Shown here: positions 48,098-57,998 of the stretch, one piece after another
Layout: every line of letters starts with the position of its first letter
Numbering within the stretch: the first letter of the stretch is position 1
Source of the DNA: Pseudomonadota bacterium
Lineage (GTDB): Bacteria > Pseudomonadota > Gammaproteobacteria > Arenicellales > Poriferihabitantaceae
Assembly (NCBI GenBank): GCA_039029455.1
Contig: JBCCGE010000003.1
Coordinates: 20,542-84,541 of the forward strand
Reading direction: 5' to 3'
Length of the DNA stretch: 64,000 bases
Notes under the pieces: generated by a model
Told to the model about the DNA's origin: nothing
The model's input: the letters and a program-made list of their open reading frames with translations, nothing else
Databases searched by the model: none
Position numbers and translations under genes: made by a program

Positions 48098-48724
48098 GTG
48101 CTTTTTGAAACCTGGTTGGCCTATGCTGTTGCGGCCACCGTTATTATCGTTATTCCCGGTCCGACCGTTTTGCTCATTGTAAGTCAGGCGATGCGTCATG
48201 GTTATGCAGCAGCTCTGCCTCTGGTCGCCGGGGTGGCTATGGGAGACCTGATTGCGATGGCGGTCTCACTGGCAGGGATCGGGTTTATCCTGACCACATC
48301 GGCAGCGGTCTTTACCATCGTAAAGTACACCGGAGCGGTGTACCTGATCTATCTTGGCATCCGCATGTGGCGATCCCCGTCGGTGGCGGCGACATCAGTC
48401 GACGAGCCACAGAACAATGACTGGCGTCGTCATTTTGTCGATGCGTTTCTGGTTACGCTGCTGAACCCCAAGGGTATGGTCTTCTTTCTGGCCTTCATAC
48501 CGCAATTCATTAACCCGGAATCTGCCGTGTTGCCACAACTCACAGTATTTGGGGTGACTTTCTTAGTTATCGCTACAGCAAGTGCCGGGTGTTATGCTGT
48601 TTTTTCCGCGCAGGCGGGCAAGCTTTTCCGGGGTGAGACCGGGCAACGCTGGATTACCAAAATTGGCGGTAGTATGCTGGTTGCTGCGGGTGCGGCAACG
48701 GCAGCACTTCGTCAGGAATCCTGA
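48098..48724 (+). CDS. LysE/RhtB family amino-acid exporter
   Basis: GTG at 48098 gives (M)LFETWLAYAVAATVIIVIPGPTVLL, the usual family N-terminus; the track starts at TTG 48077. Motif LLNPKGMVFFLAFIPQF. Confidence 0.8.
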   Translation: MLFETWLAYAVAATVIIVIPGPTVLLIVSQAMRHGYAAALPLVAGVAMGDLIAMAVSLAGIGFILTTSAAVFTIVKYTGAVYLIYLGIRMWRSPSVAATSVDEPQNNDWRRHFVDAFLVTLLNPKGMVFFLAFIPQFINPESAVLPQLTVFGVTFLVIATASAGCYAVFSAQAGKLFRGETGQRWITKIGGSMLVAAGAATAALRQES

Positions 48725-48733
48725 CCTGTTCCG

Positions 48734-49750
48734 TTAGGGGAGTAAATTCTGCAACGCCTGTGTTCGTGCATCCTTGTCGAGCCTGGCCAGGTCTTCGACT
48801 GCGGTGTAGAAATCCTCAATGGTGTTGTGCTGGCGGTAGAGTGTTTCGAGTGCCGGCACCAGTCGGTGATACGTACTTAACAAGTTCAGATGCGCATTGT
48901 TCAGCGGTTGCGCAAAGAACCAGGGAAAGAATCCCGATTGATCAGCGTGACCAAACCGCTGAACATACTCCGATTTCATTTGCGCGAATAACTGTGACTT
49001 TTTGTTTCGCAACAGCGTTTCGCCATCTGCCCCCTTATACAGTGTGTCGAATTCTTCACGATACGAAAGTGCCATTTCAAGAATCTCATCATCGACCACA
49101 TCTGGCTGAATCCACTCAGCCCCCCGCATTTGTTTCCACCGCATCGATCCAATTCGCTCGACCGTTGTTGCAAACGCCTCGTTGAAGTCCGAGTCGTTGG
49201 GCACGTATATGCGACTGTGAGCAAGCTCATGCACAATCAGCTCCACCAGGATCTGCTCGGGATAGTGGATAAATGTGTTGAGCAGAGGATCCGAAAACCA
49301 TCCAAGAGTGGAATAAGCCGGCACGCCATATCGGATTACGTCATAGCCCTTTTTCTGCAACCTGTCGTATTCACTAATTGCCATCGTGGATTTGAAAAAG
49401 CCCTTGTAGGGCACGCATCCCGCAATGGGAAAGCACCACGTAACCGGCTGCAGTGAAAACTCAGGAGTTGCCATCACGTTCGTCACCACATACTGTCGAC
49501 CCGTGTCCACATAGGTTGTAAAGCTTTTGGTGCCGCCAAGTCCAAGTTCTTCTACGGCAAATTGTCGGATTGACTGCGAGAGTTCAAGCTGCCGCTTTAG
49601 CTGTTCGTCCGTTGCTTCGGATTTCAGTAAGGCGTCGACATCTTCACGAGCCGTCAGTATTCGGAATTGACCGTTTACGGCCTGACCCAGATAGCCGAGC
49701 TGGGCACAGCCCGAAAGGAACACCCAACAGAAAAGGAATACAATGCGCAT
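48734..49750 (-). CDS. Putative zinc aminopeptidase lipoprotein (HExxH)
   Basis: Start moved to ATG 49750: MRIVFLFCWVFLSGC (lipobox). Motif LIVHELAHSRIY. The track's 89-aa N-terminal extension is Arg/Pro-rich and runs into the cca gene's 5' end on the opposite strand. Confidence 0.75.
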   Translation of the reverse strand: MRIVFLFCWVFLSGCAQLGYLGQAVNGQFRILTAREDVDALLKSEATDEQLKRQLELSQSIRQFAVEELGLGGTKSFTTYVDTGRQYVVTNVMATPEFSLQPVTWCFPIAGCVPYKGFFKSTMAISEYDRLQKKGYDVIRYGVPAYSTLGWFSDPLLNTFIHYPEQILVELIVHELAHSRIYVPNDSDFNEAFATTVERIGSMRWKQMRGAEWIQPDVVDDEILEMALSYREEFDTLYKGADGETLLRNKKSQLFAQMKSEYVQRFGHADQSGFFPWFFAQPLNNAHLNLLSTYHRLVPALETLYRQHNTIEDFYTAVEDLARLDKDARTQALQNLLP

Positions 49751-49779
49751 ACGCCTAAGGTACCTGAAAACCAACCCCG

Positions 49780-51099
49780 GTGATGAATATACAACGCACT
49801 GATACCGAGTCTGAAAATCGGGCCGAGTCCGGTCTGCAGTGCTATGTTGTCGGCGGCGCGGTAAGAGATCGATTGCTCGGCTTGAAGGTTTCGGATCGAG
49901 ACTGGGTCGTGGTCGGCTCGACAACAGAGGATATGGTGCGCCGCGGTTTTCGGCCCGTTGGCAAATCATTCCCCGTGTTTTTACATCCGGAGACTGGAGA
50001 GGAATACGCGCTCGCACGAACGGAAAGAAAAATCAGCAAAGGGTATACGGGTTTCGAGACGCACAGCGATCCAACAGTCACATTAGACCAGGATCTGCTG
50101 CGAAGGGATTTGACCATCAATGCGATTGCCGAAGACAAAAACGGTGAATTAATCGATCCCTGCAAGGGAAGCGTGGATCTGAAGAACAAAGTGATTCGTC
50201 ATGTCTCAGATGCTTTCGAGGAAGACCCCCTCCGTGTCCTTCGTGTTGCGCGCTTTGCTGCTCGCTTTAATTCTCTGGGATTCGCCGTTCACCAAGACAC
50301 CTGCAGACTGATGAGCCGCATCGCAGATTCCGGTGAACTGGAAACGTTGACCGCTGAGCGTTGCTGGCTGGAAATCAGCAAGGCGCTGCAGACGGACAGT
50401 TTCTTCCGCTTTATTGAAGTCTTGCGGGAAAGTTCAGCGCTCGAAATAATCCTGCCGGAGGTCAATGCTCTATTCGGGGTTCCGCAGACCAAAACCTATC
50501 ACCCTGAAGTCGACACCGGCACGCATTTACTAATGGCGCTTCGTGCGGTCCAGCAGGAAACCCGCGACCCACGCATCGTCTTCGCCGTGCTGCTTCATGA
50601 CCTCGGTAAGGCCCTGACGCCTGAAGAACAGTGGCCCAAACACCGAGGCCATGAACAAGCGGGAATAGAACCCGTGAATCGGCTCTGCGATCGCCTGAAA
50701 GTTCCTGAAACCTATCGTCGGCTGGCACTCCGGGTATGCGAACTGCACCTGTTGCACCATCGCTTCGCAGAGCTGAAACCCGCGACCATGCTAAAGATGT
50801 TTGAAAAGCTCGACTATTTTCGAAACCCGACCCATGTTGAAGATTTCGCAATTGCGTGTCGTGCCGATCTGCGCGGACGCAAAGGGTTGCAGAACAGGCC
50901 GGTCCCGCAGACCCGTCTCATTAAACAAGCCGCTCAATGCCTCGACTCGGTGGATGCATCTTCGATTGCGAAGCAGATCACGCGTGACCATGACGACGGC
51001 TCGAGTGTCGGTGAAAAAATTGCAGAGGGGATCCGGCGGCAAAGGCTTGCAGCACTGAAAAACCTGAAAAAGACCTGGGCCGTCGAAAGCTCAGAATAA
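49780..51099 (+). CDS. cca: Multifunctional CCA-adding tRNA nucleotidyltransferase with HD domain
   Basis: YVVGGAVRDRLLG, DLTINA and HD-domain LLHDLGK. The start is uncertain (GTG 49780, ATG 49783 or later). Confidence 0.9.
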   Translation: MMNIQRTDTESENRAESGLQCYVVGGAVRDRLLGLKVSDRDWVVVGSTTEDMVRRGFRPVGKSFPVFLHPETGEEYALARTERKISKGYTGFETHSDPTVTLDQDLLRRDLTINAIAEDKNGELIDPCKGSVDLKNKVIRHVSDAFEEDPLRVLRVARFAARFNSLGFAVHQDTCRLMSRIADSGELETLTAERCWLEISKALQTDSFFRFIEVLRESSALEIILPEVNALFGVPQTKTYHPEVDTGTHLLMALRAVQQETRDPRIVFAVLLHDLGKALTPEEQWPKHRGHEQAGIEPVNRLCDRLKVPETYRRLALRVCELHLLHHRFAELKPATMLKMFEKLDYFRNPTHVEDFAIACRADLRGRKGLQNRPVPQTRLIKQAAQCLDSVDASSIAKQITRDHDDGSSVGEKIAEGIRRQRLAALKNLKKTWAVESSE

Positions 51100-51140
51100 A
51101 CCGTCCGGATATCGGATTTTGATGGCCTGCGTACGTTCTT

Positions 51141-52415
51141 ATGCATATCACTGAAAAGTCCGGTCTGGGCGGTATTGGCAGAGCGTTCAGTGATGTCAAC
51201 TTCAGATGGTATTCGGTTGGCGCGATTGCGACATGGATTGGTTATTTTGCACAGCTTCTGGCGGTCTCATGGTATGCCTGGGAGCTCACCGAGTCGACAC
51301 GCTGGCTTGCCATAGTCGCCCTTCTCGATATTTTGCCAAATATTGTGTTGATGCCGTTGGCCGGAGCGGTGGCTGATAGATTCGATAAATATCGGATGAT
51401 GGGGCTGGTGAGTCTTCTGGCACTGATTCAGGCGATCGTTTTAACCGTGATGGCCTGGCAGGGAGTGCTGACTATCGTGCCGTTTGCGCTATTGGTCCTG
51501 TTGCACGGTGTAATCATAAGCTTCATGGTGCCGGCGATGTACGGAATACTGCCCAGATTCGTGCATCGATCCGCTCTTACGCCGGCGATAGCCGTAAGCT
51601 CGGCCTATGCACAACTTGCTGTATTTATTGGTCCTATCGTTGCAGGATGGGTGATTGCTGTGTACAGCGTGTCCGTCGCCTTTGCGCTGAATGCGATCGG
51701 TTACGTGATCTATCTGGTTTCATGGGCGTTGATGAAAACGCCCAAAGAATTCGTTGCGCCGGAGAAGGCGCCGCGCTCGATTATGGCCGATGTTGTCGAT
51801 GGCATTCACTATCTGATCAATCACAAAGTGATCTCATCACTTCTGGTGCTGATGCTGTTTGGTGATGCGCTGGGGGCAGCCATCTTCTATATGGCTCCGG
51901 CATTCAGCGAACAGATTCTGTCGATGGGAATATCAGGGGTATCGGTGATGCTGGGTGCAAAAGGTGTCGGCGCAACGCTGGCCGCGATCTGGCTCGCTTA
52001 CGGAGGCGAGCAACTGGTCACAGCACGCAGAATTCTGAACGGATATTTGCTATTCGTTTGTTCGGTATTTGCCGTGTTCGTGTCAGGACACCTGATTGTT
52101 GCGATTGCGTTTTTTGTGGTCATGGGCTGGGCCGCCGAAACGTATGGAACGACTGTAATGTCGCTGGTTCAACTCTCAGTTACGGAGGAGCAACGCGGCC
52201 GGGTGATGGGGACGCTGTTCATGGTGGCCCAGCTGGCATCCGGAGTGGGTACGTACCTGATTGGCTATTTTGCGGTCAGTCACGGTCTGATTGCGCCAAC
52301 ACTGTCGGTGGCTGTGGCGTGTCTTGCGGTGTGGGCGCTTTACTTTTTCAGGCGAAATCAGCTGCAGGACAATCTGGATTCAACCCCGAAACAGTCCCCT
52401 AACTCCGATCAGTAG
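51141..52415 (+). CDS. MFS transporter
   Basis: 424 aa, 12 TM, with loop motif GAVADRFDKYRMM between TM2 and TM3. Confidence 0.85.
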   Translation: MHITEKSGLGGIGRAFSDVNFRWYSVGAIATWIGYFAQLLAVSWYAWELTESTRWLAIVALLDILPNIVLMPLAGAVADRFDKYRMMGLVSLLALIQAIVLTVMAWQGVLTIVPFALLVLLHGVIISFMVPAMYGILPRFVHRSALTPAIAVSSAYAQLAVFIGPIVAGWVIAVYSVSVAFALNAIGYVIYLVSWALMKTPKEFVAPEKAPRSIMADVVDGIHYLINHKVISSLLVLMLFGDALGAAIFYMAPAFSEQILSMGISGVSVMLGAKGVGATLAAIWLAYGGEQLVTARRILNGYLLFVCSVFAVFVSGHLIVAIAFFVVMGWAAETYGTTVMSLVQLSVTEEQRGRVMGTLFMVAQLASGVGTYLIGYFAVSHGLIAPTLSVAVACLAVWALYFFRRNQLQDNLDSTPKQSPNSDQ

Positions 52416-52421
52416 TCAGAA

Positions 52422-54398
52422 TCAACCGGCGAGATGGTGAGACTGCATATCGATGATGTTGGTAACGTCGATGTTGTCTTTGTTTGCCAGCTCTTCCATG
52501 CGCTGCTTGAAATGATTCAGTGCGTTTAGTCGCTGCTGGTGCTTGTTTACTCGAGCATTTAATACATGCAACTCTTCGTCGAGATCTGTGTCCTTGCGAC
52601 GAATCCGTTCGAGACTCAGAAGACGCCGCTTCAACTGGTTTTCGCGCTCTTTTATCTCCAGCTCGAGAGGAACCATAACCGTTCGGCACCACAGCTCGAT
52701 TTCGTCGCGGGTCTGCGCATAGAGTCTGCGGATTTTCACCATTACAGACGCATGGTATCGATCCCTCAGTGCATTTTGTTCAGTCATAACCATCGACAAG
52801 CCGCTGGTATATTCCTGATGTTTCTCCCGAAAGTTCTGCAGTGCATTTAGGTACACCTCCGGGCGGACCCGTCTGGGCTTAAGGCCCTTAACTCCGAGAA
52901 TGTTCTCAACCGAATCAAAAACCTTCTGCAGCTTTTGTTCCAGCCGGGAAATATGGGACAGTGCTTCCTTGAAACGATCAACCGCCACTTCCTGAAAGTC
53001 GTTCATTTCTCGCTGCAGTCCGGGTGTCGTTAGCTGGTTGCTGATTTCCAGACGATAGCGGGCAATCATTTTATCGAGGAAGAAAATATCAAGCTTGTTT
53101 AGGAACTTCTCGTAATCTACTTTCAGGTCAACCCGGAAAAGATTGACTTTCTCCGATACGGATCGGAGTCTCGCGGTCTCTTTTTTTACCTGCTCGATAT
53201 TGTTTTCGGTGATATCCGACTGACTGGTTTTGGATTTATTGATTTCACCGACGTGATGCAACGTGGCTTCAACGCGCTGAGTCAGGACCCGCTCGATTGC
53301 CTGCAGTGGTGCGGCAATTTCGGTGACCGCGCGCGACACGACGCCGCGACGGTTCGAGGAATTGATCGCATCAGCCAGAGCGCGTTCGTATTTGAGAATA
53401 CCGCTGGATGCAATCAGGCGGCTATCGTTTTTCTTCCGGCCAAGCAGCGCTTTCTGCGCCGTTATGGGATAAACCTGTTGCTCGGAGATGTCGAGTATTC
53501 GCGCCACATCGCGAATCTGCTGCTTTATCTGTTTCTGAATCAGCTCTTCCGATTTGATTTCATCCCAGAGCATATCGATTTTGTTGAGCACAACCAGCAC
53601 ATTGTCGACATTCGAATCTTTCACGTGAGCATTCCAGATTTCCATATCGGACCGGGTCACGCCGGTATCTGCGGCGAGTACGAAGACGATCGCGTTTGCA
53701 GTATCCATCGCCTGAAACGTCAGTTCCGGCTCGACGCCGAGCGCGTTGTAACCGGGGGTGTCCAGAATTGACAGGCCCTGTTTCAGTAACGGGTGTGGAA
53801 AATTGATAATAGCGTGGCGCCACTTGGGAATTTCAATGCGGCCGTCAACCATATCGAGTTTGCTGACAACATCATCGTCCAGCTTTTTGATAAATCCCAA
53901 CTGGAACGCCACTTCCGGGGTGACCATTTCGGTTTCGCTTATTTTCTTCAGTGATTCGATGACGCCGTCCGGATCACCCGCAGAAAAAAGCGTCTGGTCC
54001 CAGAGTTCAGAATCGTGCACAAGCAGTGACACCGGCTGACGCTGCACTTCCAGTGAACTGATCGTTGGCAGCAGTCGAATCGACGGCAGCTGATCGTTGT
54101 CGTAGTGAATTTCAGTTGTACATCGCGTGGTTCTTCCGGGTGTAGACGGCAGATACCGTTTGCCCATGGCTCCGAAGATTGTCGCGTTAATCAGTTCTGA
54201 TTTTCCACGTGAATATTCTGCAAGGAAAAGAATACGCCGCTGTTTGTTGTCCAGTCTTTGACGCACGCGGGCAAAGCGCTGCCGAGTCTGTTCACTATGG
54301 AATTCGTGGTTTTCCATCCAGCCATAAATGCTGTCCACGACCTGTTTCAGCTCGTGGATTCTCTCATCAGCAGCCAGTTGATCTTGGAGATAGCTCAT
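52422..54398 (-). CDS. Bacterial dynamin-like protein (dynamin-family GTPase)
   Basis: G1 LAEYSRGKSELINA, G3 ILDTPGYNALG and G4 VLNKIDML, followed by a ~350-aa helical stalk or paddle region. Confidence 0.85.
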   Translation of the reverse strand: MSYLQDQLAADERIHELKQVVDSIYGWMENHEFHSEQTRQRFARVRQRLDNKQRRILFLAEYSRGKSELINATIFGAMGKRYLPSTPGRTTRCTTEIHYDNDQLPSIRLLPTISSLEVQRQPVSLLVHDSELWDQTLFSAGDPDGVIESLKKISETEMVTPEVAFQLGFIKKLDDDVVSKLDMVDGRIEIPKWRHAIINFPHPLLKQGLSILDTPGYNALGVEPELTFQAMDTANAIVFVLAADTGVTRSDMEIWNAHVKDSNVDNVLVVLNKIDMLWDEIKSEELIQKQIKQQIRDVARILDISEQQVYPITAQKALLGRKKNDSRLIASSGILKYERALADAINSSNRRGVVSRAVTEIAAPLQAIERVLTQRVEATLHHVGEINKSKTSQSDITENNIEQVKKETARLRSVSEKVNLFRVDLKVDYEKFLNKLDIFFLDKMIARYRLEISNQLTTPGLQREMNDFQEVAVDRFKEALSHISRLEQKLQKVFDSVENILGVKGLKPRRVRPEVYLNALQNFREKHQEYTSGLSMVMTEQNALRDRYHASVMVKIRRLYAQTRDEIELWCRTVMVPLELEIKERENQLKRRLLSLERIRRKDTDLDEELHVLNARVNKHQQRLNALNHFKQRMEELANKDNIDVTNIIDMQSHHLAG

Positions 54399-54618
54399 CC
54401 GAACACCCTTACACTCTCAAGTTTCGTTGTTATCGTGTTGTTATATTTATAGTTTTAGTCATTATTTGCCGAACCACGGCTCTGTGTCAACGTTGTTTTC
54501 CATGGCATTTAGTATCAGATTGTATCCACCTGGCCGACAGGCGTGCAGAATTGCCCAAACAATCAATTTCTGCGGGCATTAGTCACATCTTAGCTACCAT
54601 TTTTCACCGGAATTCACT

Positions 54619-55058
54619 ATGTCAGACAATCGATCGGATCCAGCAACGATGGAGAGCGATGAAGTCGGACGTGCGTTGCTAAGATTTGGAATCAATTCAC
54701 TGGTCAGGAATATCTCGGTAACACTGCGCTGGCTTGAGTCGGTGCTTCAGTTTCAGGTTGTGCGGGAATTGGACAGCGATGCGATTGCAGAATGTGGTGG
54801 CACATTGTTCCGGTTCTATCAGCACGCGACGTATGCAGAGAATCCGTCGCTCGGCCTGCTGCCGGAAGCCGGTGCTCGTGGCGCAGGGGTGGCGCTCAGG
54901 GTTTATGATATCGATCCAGACGAGTGTGAGCGGCGGGCACTAAACACCGACGCAAGCATCTACAAAGTTACACCGACAAACCACATGGTTTGCGCGAGTG
55001 CTATCTTCTTTATCCTGACGGCTTCTTCTGGATACCGTCGCGACCACTTCAACCATGA
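54619..55058 (+). pseudogene. VOC (glyoxalase-like) family gene with an apparent -1/+2 frameshift near 54964-54983
   Basis: The track frame gives a good VOC N-terminus up to ..DASIYKVTPT, then a non-VOC tail. The adjacent frame reads [27 protein letters not shown], a canonical VOC C-terminus. Its TGA (55056-55058) forms an ATGA overlap with the next gene's ATG (55055). Confidence 0.6.
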
Positions 55059-55777
55059 CTAAAATGATAAGCGGCATACTTTTCGATAAAGACGGTACAT
55101 TGCTTGACTTCAACGCAACCTGGATTCCCCCCTATACCAAAGCGGCAGCGATGATCGAAGATTTTTTTCCCGGAACCGTATCTGCGGATGAGCTCCTCCG
55201 TCAGGGCGGCTACGTGGCAGAAAGCCGCAGCTGGCGAGAGGAGGCACCTCTCGCTTCGGCCAGTAACCGTGAAATATTTGAACTCTGGGAGGGAATTGTC
55301 GGAGCTTCTCTCGATGTTGATCAGAAACGGGCAGTATCATCTGTATTTGCCGATGCATGTGAGTCGTACGTGCCCGCTGTACCTGATCTGGCAGGATTAA
55401 TGGGTTCACTGCAGGCGCAGGGTTGCGTATTGGGAATAGCCACCATGGACGACGAAGCGGCGACGTATCGTATGGTTGATGCGCTCGGGCTTGAAGGTTG
55501 TTTCGAGTTTATGTGCGGAGCTGACAGCGGGCTTGGTGAGAAACCAGACCCGGGGATGGTCAACGCGTTTGTCGAGAGTTGTGGTTTGGTAGCCGAGCAG
55601 GTCGTTATGGTTGGCGACAGTCCGAGAGATCTGTTTATGGGAAAAAACGGTGGCGTTGGATTGACTATTGGTGTTCTGACTGGCGCCCATTCCCGTGAAA
55701 TGCTCGAGCCACACGCCGACTTTGTGTTGGAGAACATCGGTGAAATTCCCGATATTGTGAGCGCAAAAAACCGTTGA
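55055..55777 (+). CDS. HAD-superfamily hydrolase (phosphoglycolate-phosphatase-like)
   Basis: Motif [13 protein letters not shown], motif [21 protein letters not shown]. Confidence 0.85.
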   Translation: MTKMISGILFDKDGTLLDFNATWIPPYTKAAAMIEDFFPGTVSADELLRQGGYVAESRSWREEAPLASASNREIFELWEGIVGASLDVDQKRAVSSVFADACESYVPAVPDLAGLMGSLQAQGCVLGIATMDDEAATYRMVDALGLEGCFEFMCGADSGLGEKPDPGMVNAFVESCGLVAEQVVMVGDSPRDLFMGKNGGVGLTIGVLTGAHSREMLEPHADFVLENIGEIPDIVSAKNR

Positions 55778-55841
55778 ACCTTACCGCAGTAACGACCTCG
55801 AATACCCATCAAGACTCCCGAAAAAGTTCAAGAGGTACAGA

Positions 55842-56309
55842 ATGAATGATTCAAAGTATTCAAAACCAGATGATTTGGAATTGAGAGCACGCCTGACGGC
55901 GATTCAATACGATGTTACCCAAAACGATGCTACTGAGCGCCCATTTCAAAACGAGTTTAATGACAATAAATGTGACGGTATCTACGTCGATGTTGTCAGT
56001 GGCGAACCCCTTTTTAGTTCGCGGGATAAATTTGACTCCGGAACCGGATGGCCCAGTTTTACGCGACCTCTGGTTGACGAAAACGTCAAAGAAAAAACGG
56101 ACTTCAAGCTGGTCTGGCCTCGCACTGAGGTTAGAAGCGTCCACGCCGACTCTCATTTAGGCCATGTCTTCAAAGACGGTCCGGCGCCGACCGGCTTAAG
56201 GTACTGCATGAATTCGGCCGCGATGCGGTTTGTTCCACTCGAGAGACTGGTCGAAGAGGGATATGCGGAGTTTTCGAATCTGTTCGAGTCTGCGGAGGTG
56301 GAGGTATGA
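55842..56309 (+). CDS. msrB: Peptide-methionine (R)-S-oxide reductase MsrB (non-zinc form)
   Basis: [18 protein letters not shown] and catalytic [11 protein letters not shown]. Both CxxC zinc motifs are absent (DVVS and SVHAD in their places). Confidence 0.9.
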   Translation: MNDSKYSKPDDLELRARLTAIQYDVTQNDATERPFQNEFNDNKCDGIYVDVVSGEPLFSSRDKFDSGTGWPSFTRPLVDENVKEKTDFKLVWPRTEVRSVHADSHLGHVFKDGPAPTGLRYCMNSAAMRFVPLERLVEEGYAEFSNLFESAEVEV

Positions 56310-57091
56310 AGTACAGATTTGGAACCATTTTCTTCGCGGTCACTTTGTTAGTCGCGCAAAACGCATATGCTGCAAAGACCAAAACCGTCACCAGTGCTGA
56401 GACTGTGACCCCGGTGGTTGAACTCTTTACCTCTGAGGGATGCAGCAGTTGTCCGCCAGCAGACCAATGGCTGAGTAAACTGGGTGAAACTGTCGACGAG
56501 CAATTTCGCGCAGTACCATTGGCGTTTCATGTGGACTACTGGAACTACCTGGGCTGGACAGACCCGTATTCCAGCGAGCAATACACCGACTGGCAACGCA
56601 AAGTAGCGAAGAACAACCGGCAACGTTCCATGTATACACCTGAATTTACAGTGGCCGGTATGGAGTCGCGAGGCGCCCACGAAATACTTGATAACATCCG
56701 CAAAGCAAACAATAAGCCCGCCGATGTGTTTGTCACTATGCGCATGATGCCGGACGGGGTCGACAAACTGAACCTGGAGGTCGCGGTTGACAATCAGCAC
56801 CACGATCTTGGGGTACAGATTTTCGTCGCACTGTACGAAAACAATATCGTCCGTAAAATTGGTGCAGGAGAGAATACCGGCCGCACTCTGGAACACGATC
56901 ACGTTGTTCGGTTCTGGTCGCATCCGAAATCCCTGTTGAACGGCAGCCAGACGGAGACCTATACCCTGTTTCTACCGCAGGACGCAGTAGCCGAAAACGT
57001 TGGTGTTGCTACTGTAATTATAGACAGCAAAACAGGAAAAACACTTCAATCGCTCAGTGCGGGTGTGGCGGAGCTTTTCGCGGATTCCTAA
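56306..57091 (+). CDS. DUF1223 domain-containing secreted thioredoxin-fold protein
   Basis: Signal peptide [22 protein letters not shown] and [21 protein letters not shown] overlap with the msrB stop. Confidence 0.8.
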   Translation: MKYRFGTIFFAVTLLVAQNAYAAKTKTVTSAETVTPVVELFTSEGCSSCPPADQWLSKLGETVDEQFRAVPLAFHVDYWNYLGWTDPYSSEQYTDWQRKVAKNNRQRSMYTPEFTVAGMESRGAHEILDNIRKANNKPADVFVTMRMMPDGVDKLNLEVAVDNQHHDLGVQIFVALYENNIVRKIGAGENTGRTLEHDHVVRFWSHPKSLLNGSQTETYTLFLPQDAVAENVGVATVIIDSKTGKTLQSLSAGVAELFADS

Positions 57092-57107
57092 GCAGATTAA
57101 TAAAGAT

Positions 57108-57126
57108 ATATGGGGGCATATTTTTT
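57108..57126 (+). terminator. Weak intrinsic terminator (atatg-gggg-catat plus T6)
   Basis: 5-bp A/T-rich stem followed by TTTTTT, 17 nt after the DUF1223 stop. Confidence 0.3.
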
Positions 57127-57155
57127 AATCGCAAGAGCTTTTTCATAACAAGAAA

Positions 57156-57188
57156 ATCTCTTGAATTGACGAGGCTTAACCCCATTTT
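57156..57188 (+). promoter_or_regulatory. Sigma32 (RpoH) heat-shock promoter of the Hsp20 gene
   Basis: tctCTTGAAt, 14-nt spacer, CCCCATTT closely matches the CTTGAA-N13-15-CCCCATnT consensus. It lies about 42 nt upstream of the ATG, which has a GAGGAG SD. Confidence 0.6.
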
Positions 57189-57228
57189 TGAGTTAACCTA
57201 AATTTAGCTCATTAATGAGGAGCCCATC

Positions 57229-57672
57229 ATGAATTCAATTGTAAGATCGCCTGTAAATGGCTTTGATTTGTTTGGTGACTTCGATCGCCTTGTTAACGGT
57301 TTTTTCAGTCCGGCCAGAACCGATTCGAATAGCGTTTCCGCGCGAACTCCTGCGATCGACGTTGTGGAGACAGAAACCGGTTTCGAGGTGCATGCCGAAA
57401 TCCCTGGAGTCAGTAAGGAGTCCCTTGAAGTGTCGGTGAAGGAAAACGTGCTCAAAATCGCGGCTGGCACGGATTCGGTCAAGGAAGCGAAAGAAGGAGA
57501 GAAAGTGATTCGTACCGAACGTCGCAGCGGCAGGTTTGTCCGAGCGCTTCGCCTGGGCGACGCGATTGATGTGGAGAACATCTCGGCGGACTATGTTGAT
57601 GGTGTTCTAAAAGTGGTTCTTCCAAAAGCGGAGAAAGCGGAGGTCAAGACGATCGCCGTGAACGTCCACTAG
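57229..57672 (+). CDS. Hsp20/alpha-crystallin family small heat-shock protein
   Basis: PAIDVVETETGFEVHAEIPGVSKESLEVSV and GVLKVVLPK; 147 aa. Confidence 0.9.
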   Translation: MNSIVRSPVNGFDLFGDFDRLVNGFFSPARTDSNSVSARTPAIDVVETETGFEVHAEIPGVSKESLEVSVKENVLKIAAGTDSVKEAKEGEKVIRTERRSGRFVRALRLGDAIDVENISADYVDGVLKVVLPKAEKAEVKTIAVNVH

Positions 57673-57687
57673 GAAAAACTGCTGAAT

Positions 57688-57717
57688 AAAAGGGCTGCTA
57701 CGGCAGCCCTTTTTTTA
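57688..57717 (+). terminator. Rho-independent terminator of the Hsp20 gene
   Basis: agggctgc-tacg-gcagccct (8-bp GC-rich stem, 4-nt loop) followed by T7. Confidence 0.8.
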
Positions 57718-57736
57718 TGCAAGTTTTTTATGCAAG
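57711..57736 (+). repeat. Perfect 13-bp tandem duplication (ttttttatgcaag x2) directly after the terminator stem
   Basis: Read directly: 57711-57723 and 57724-57736 are identical. Confidence 0.9.
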
Positions 57737-57758
57737 TCACAATCTGTTGTGCGCTTTT

Positions 57759-57998
57759 CTATCGAAAAAGTGAATCAATTTCATAGCGCTCAATTCCAAT
57801 ATCTCTGAGGGTCTCGACGCTCAATCGATAAAGCGCTCGTCTCGCAAACTGTCGCTCCACGCTGTTTTTGAATGCATCGTACAGGTGCTGAAATCCGGAA
57901 AAAGACCGAATCGGCGGGACGCTCGCACGCAACCCGAGTTCGACGACGACCTTTTCCTTATTGACCGGATCAAACCGATTGATCTCTGCCATTCTCAC
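57759..57998 (-). CDS. DUF1127 domain-containing small protein
   Basis: C-terminal LYRLSVETLRDIGIERYEIDSL matches the 'L..L.D..L.DIG..R.di' DUF1127 pattern. 79 aa. Confidence 0.6.
   Translation of the reverse strand: MRMAEINRFDPVNKEKVVVELGLRASVPPIRSFSGFQHLYDAFKNSVERQFARRALYRLSVETLRDIGIERYEIDSLFR

Noticed and set aside
56348-56923. 191-aa minus-strand ORF antisense to the DUF1223 gene
   Set aside because: This is a shadow of a well-supported + strand gene with a signal peptide and the CSSC motif. It has no motif of its own.
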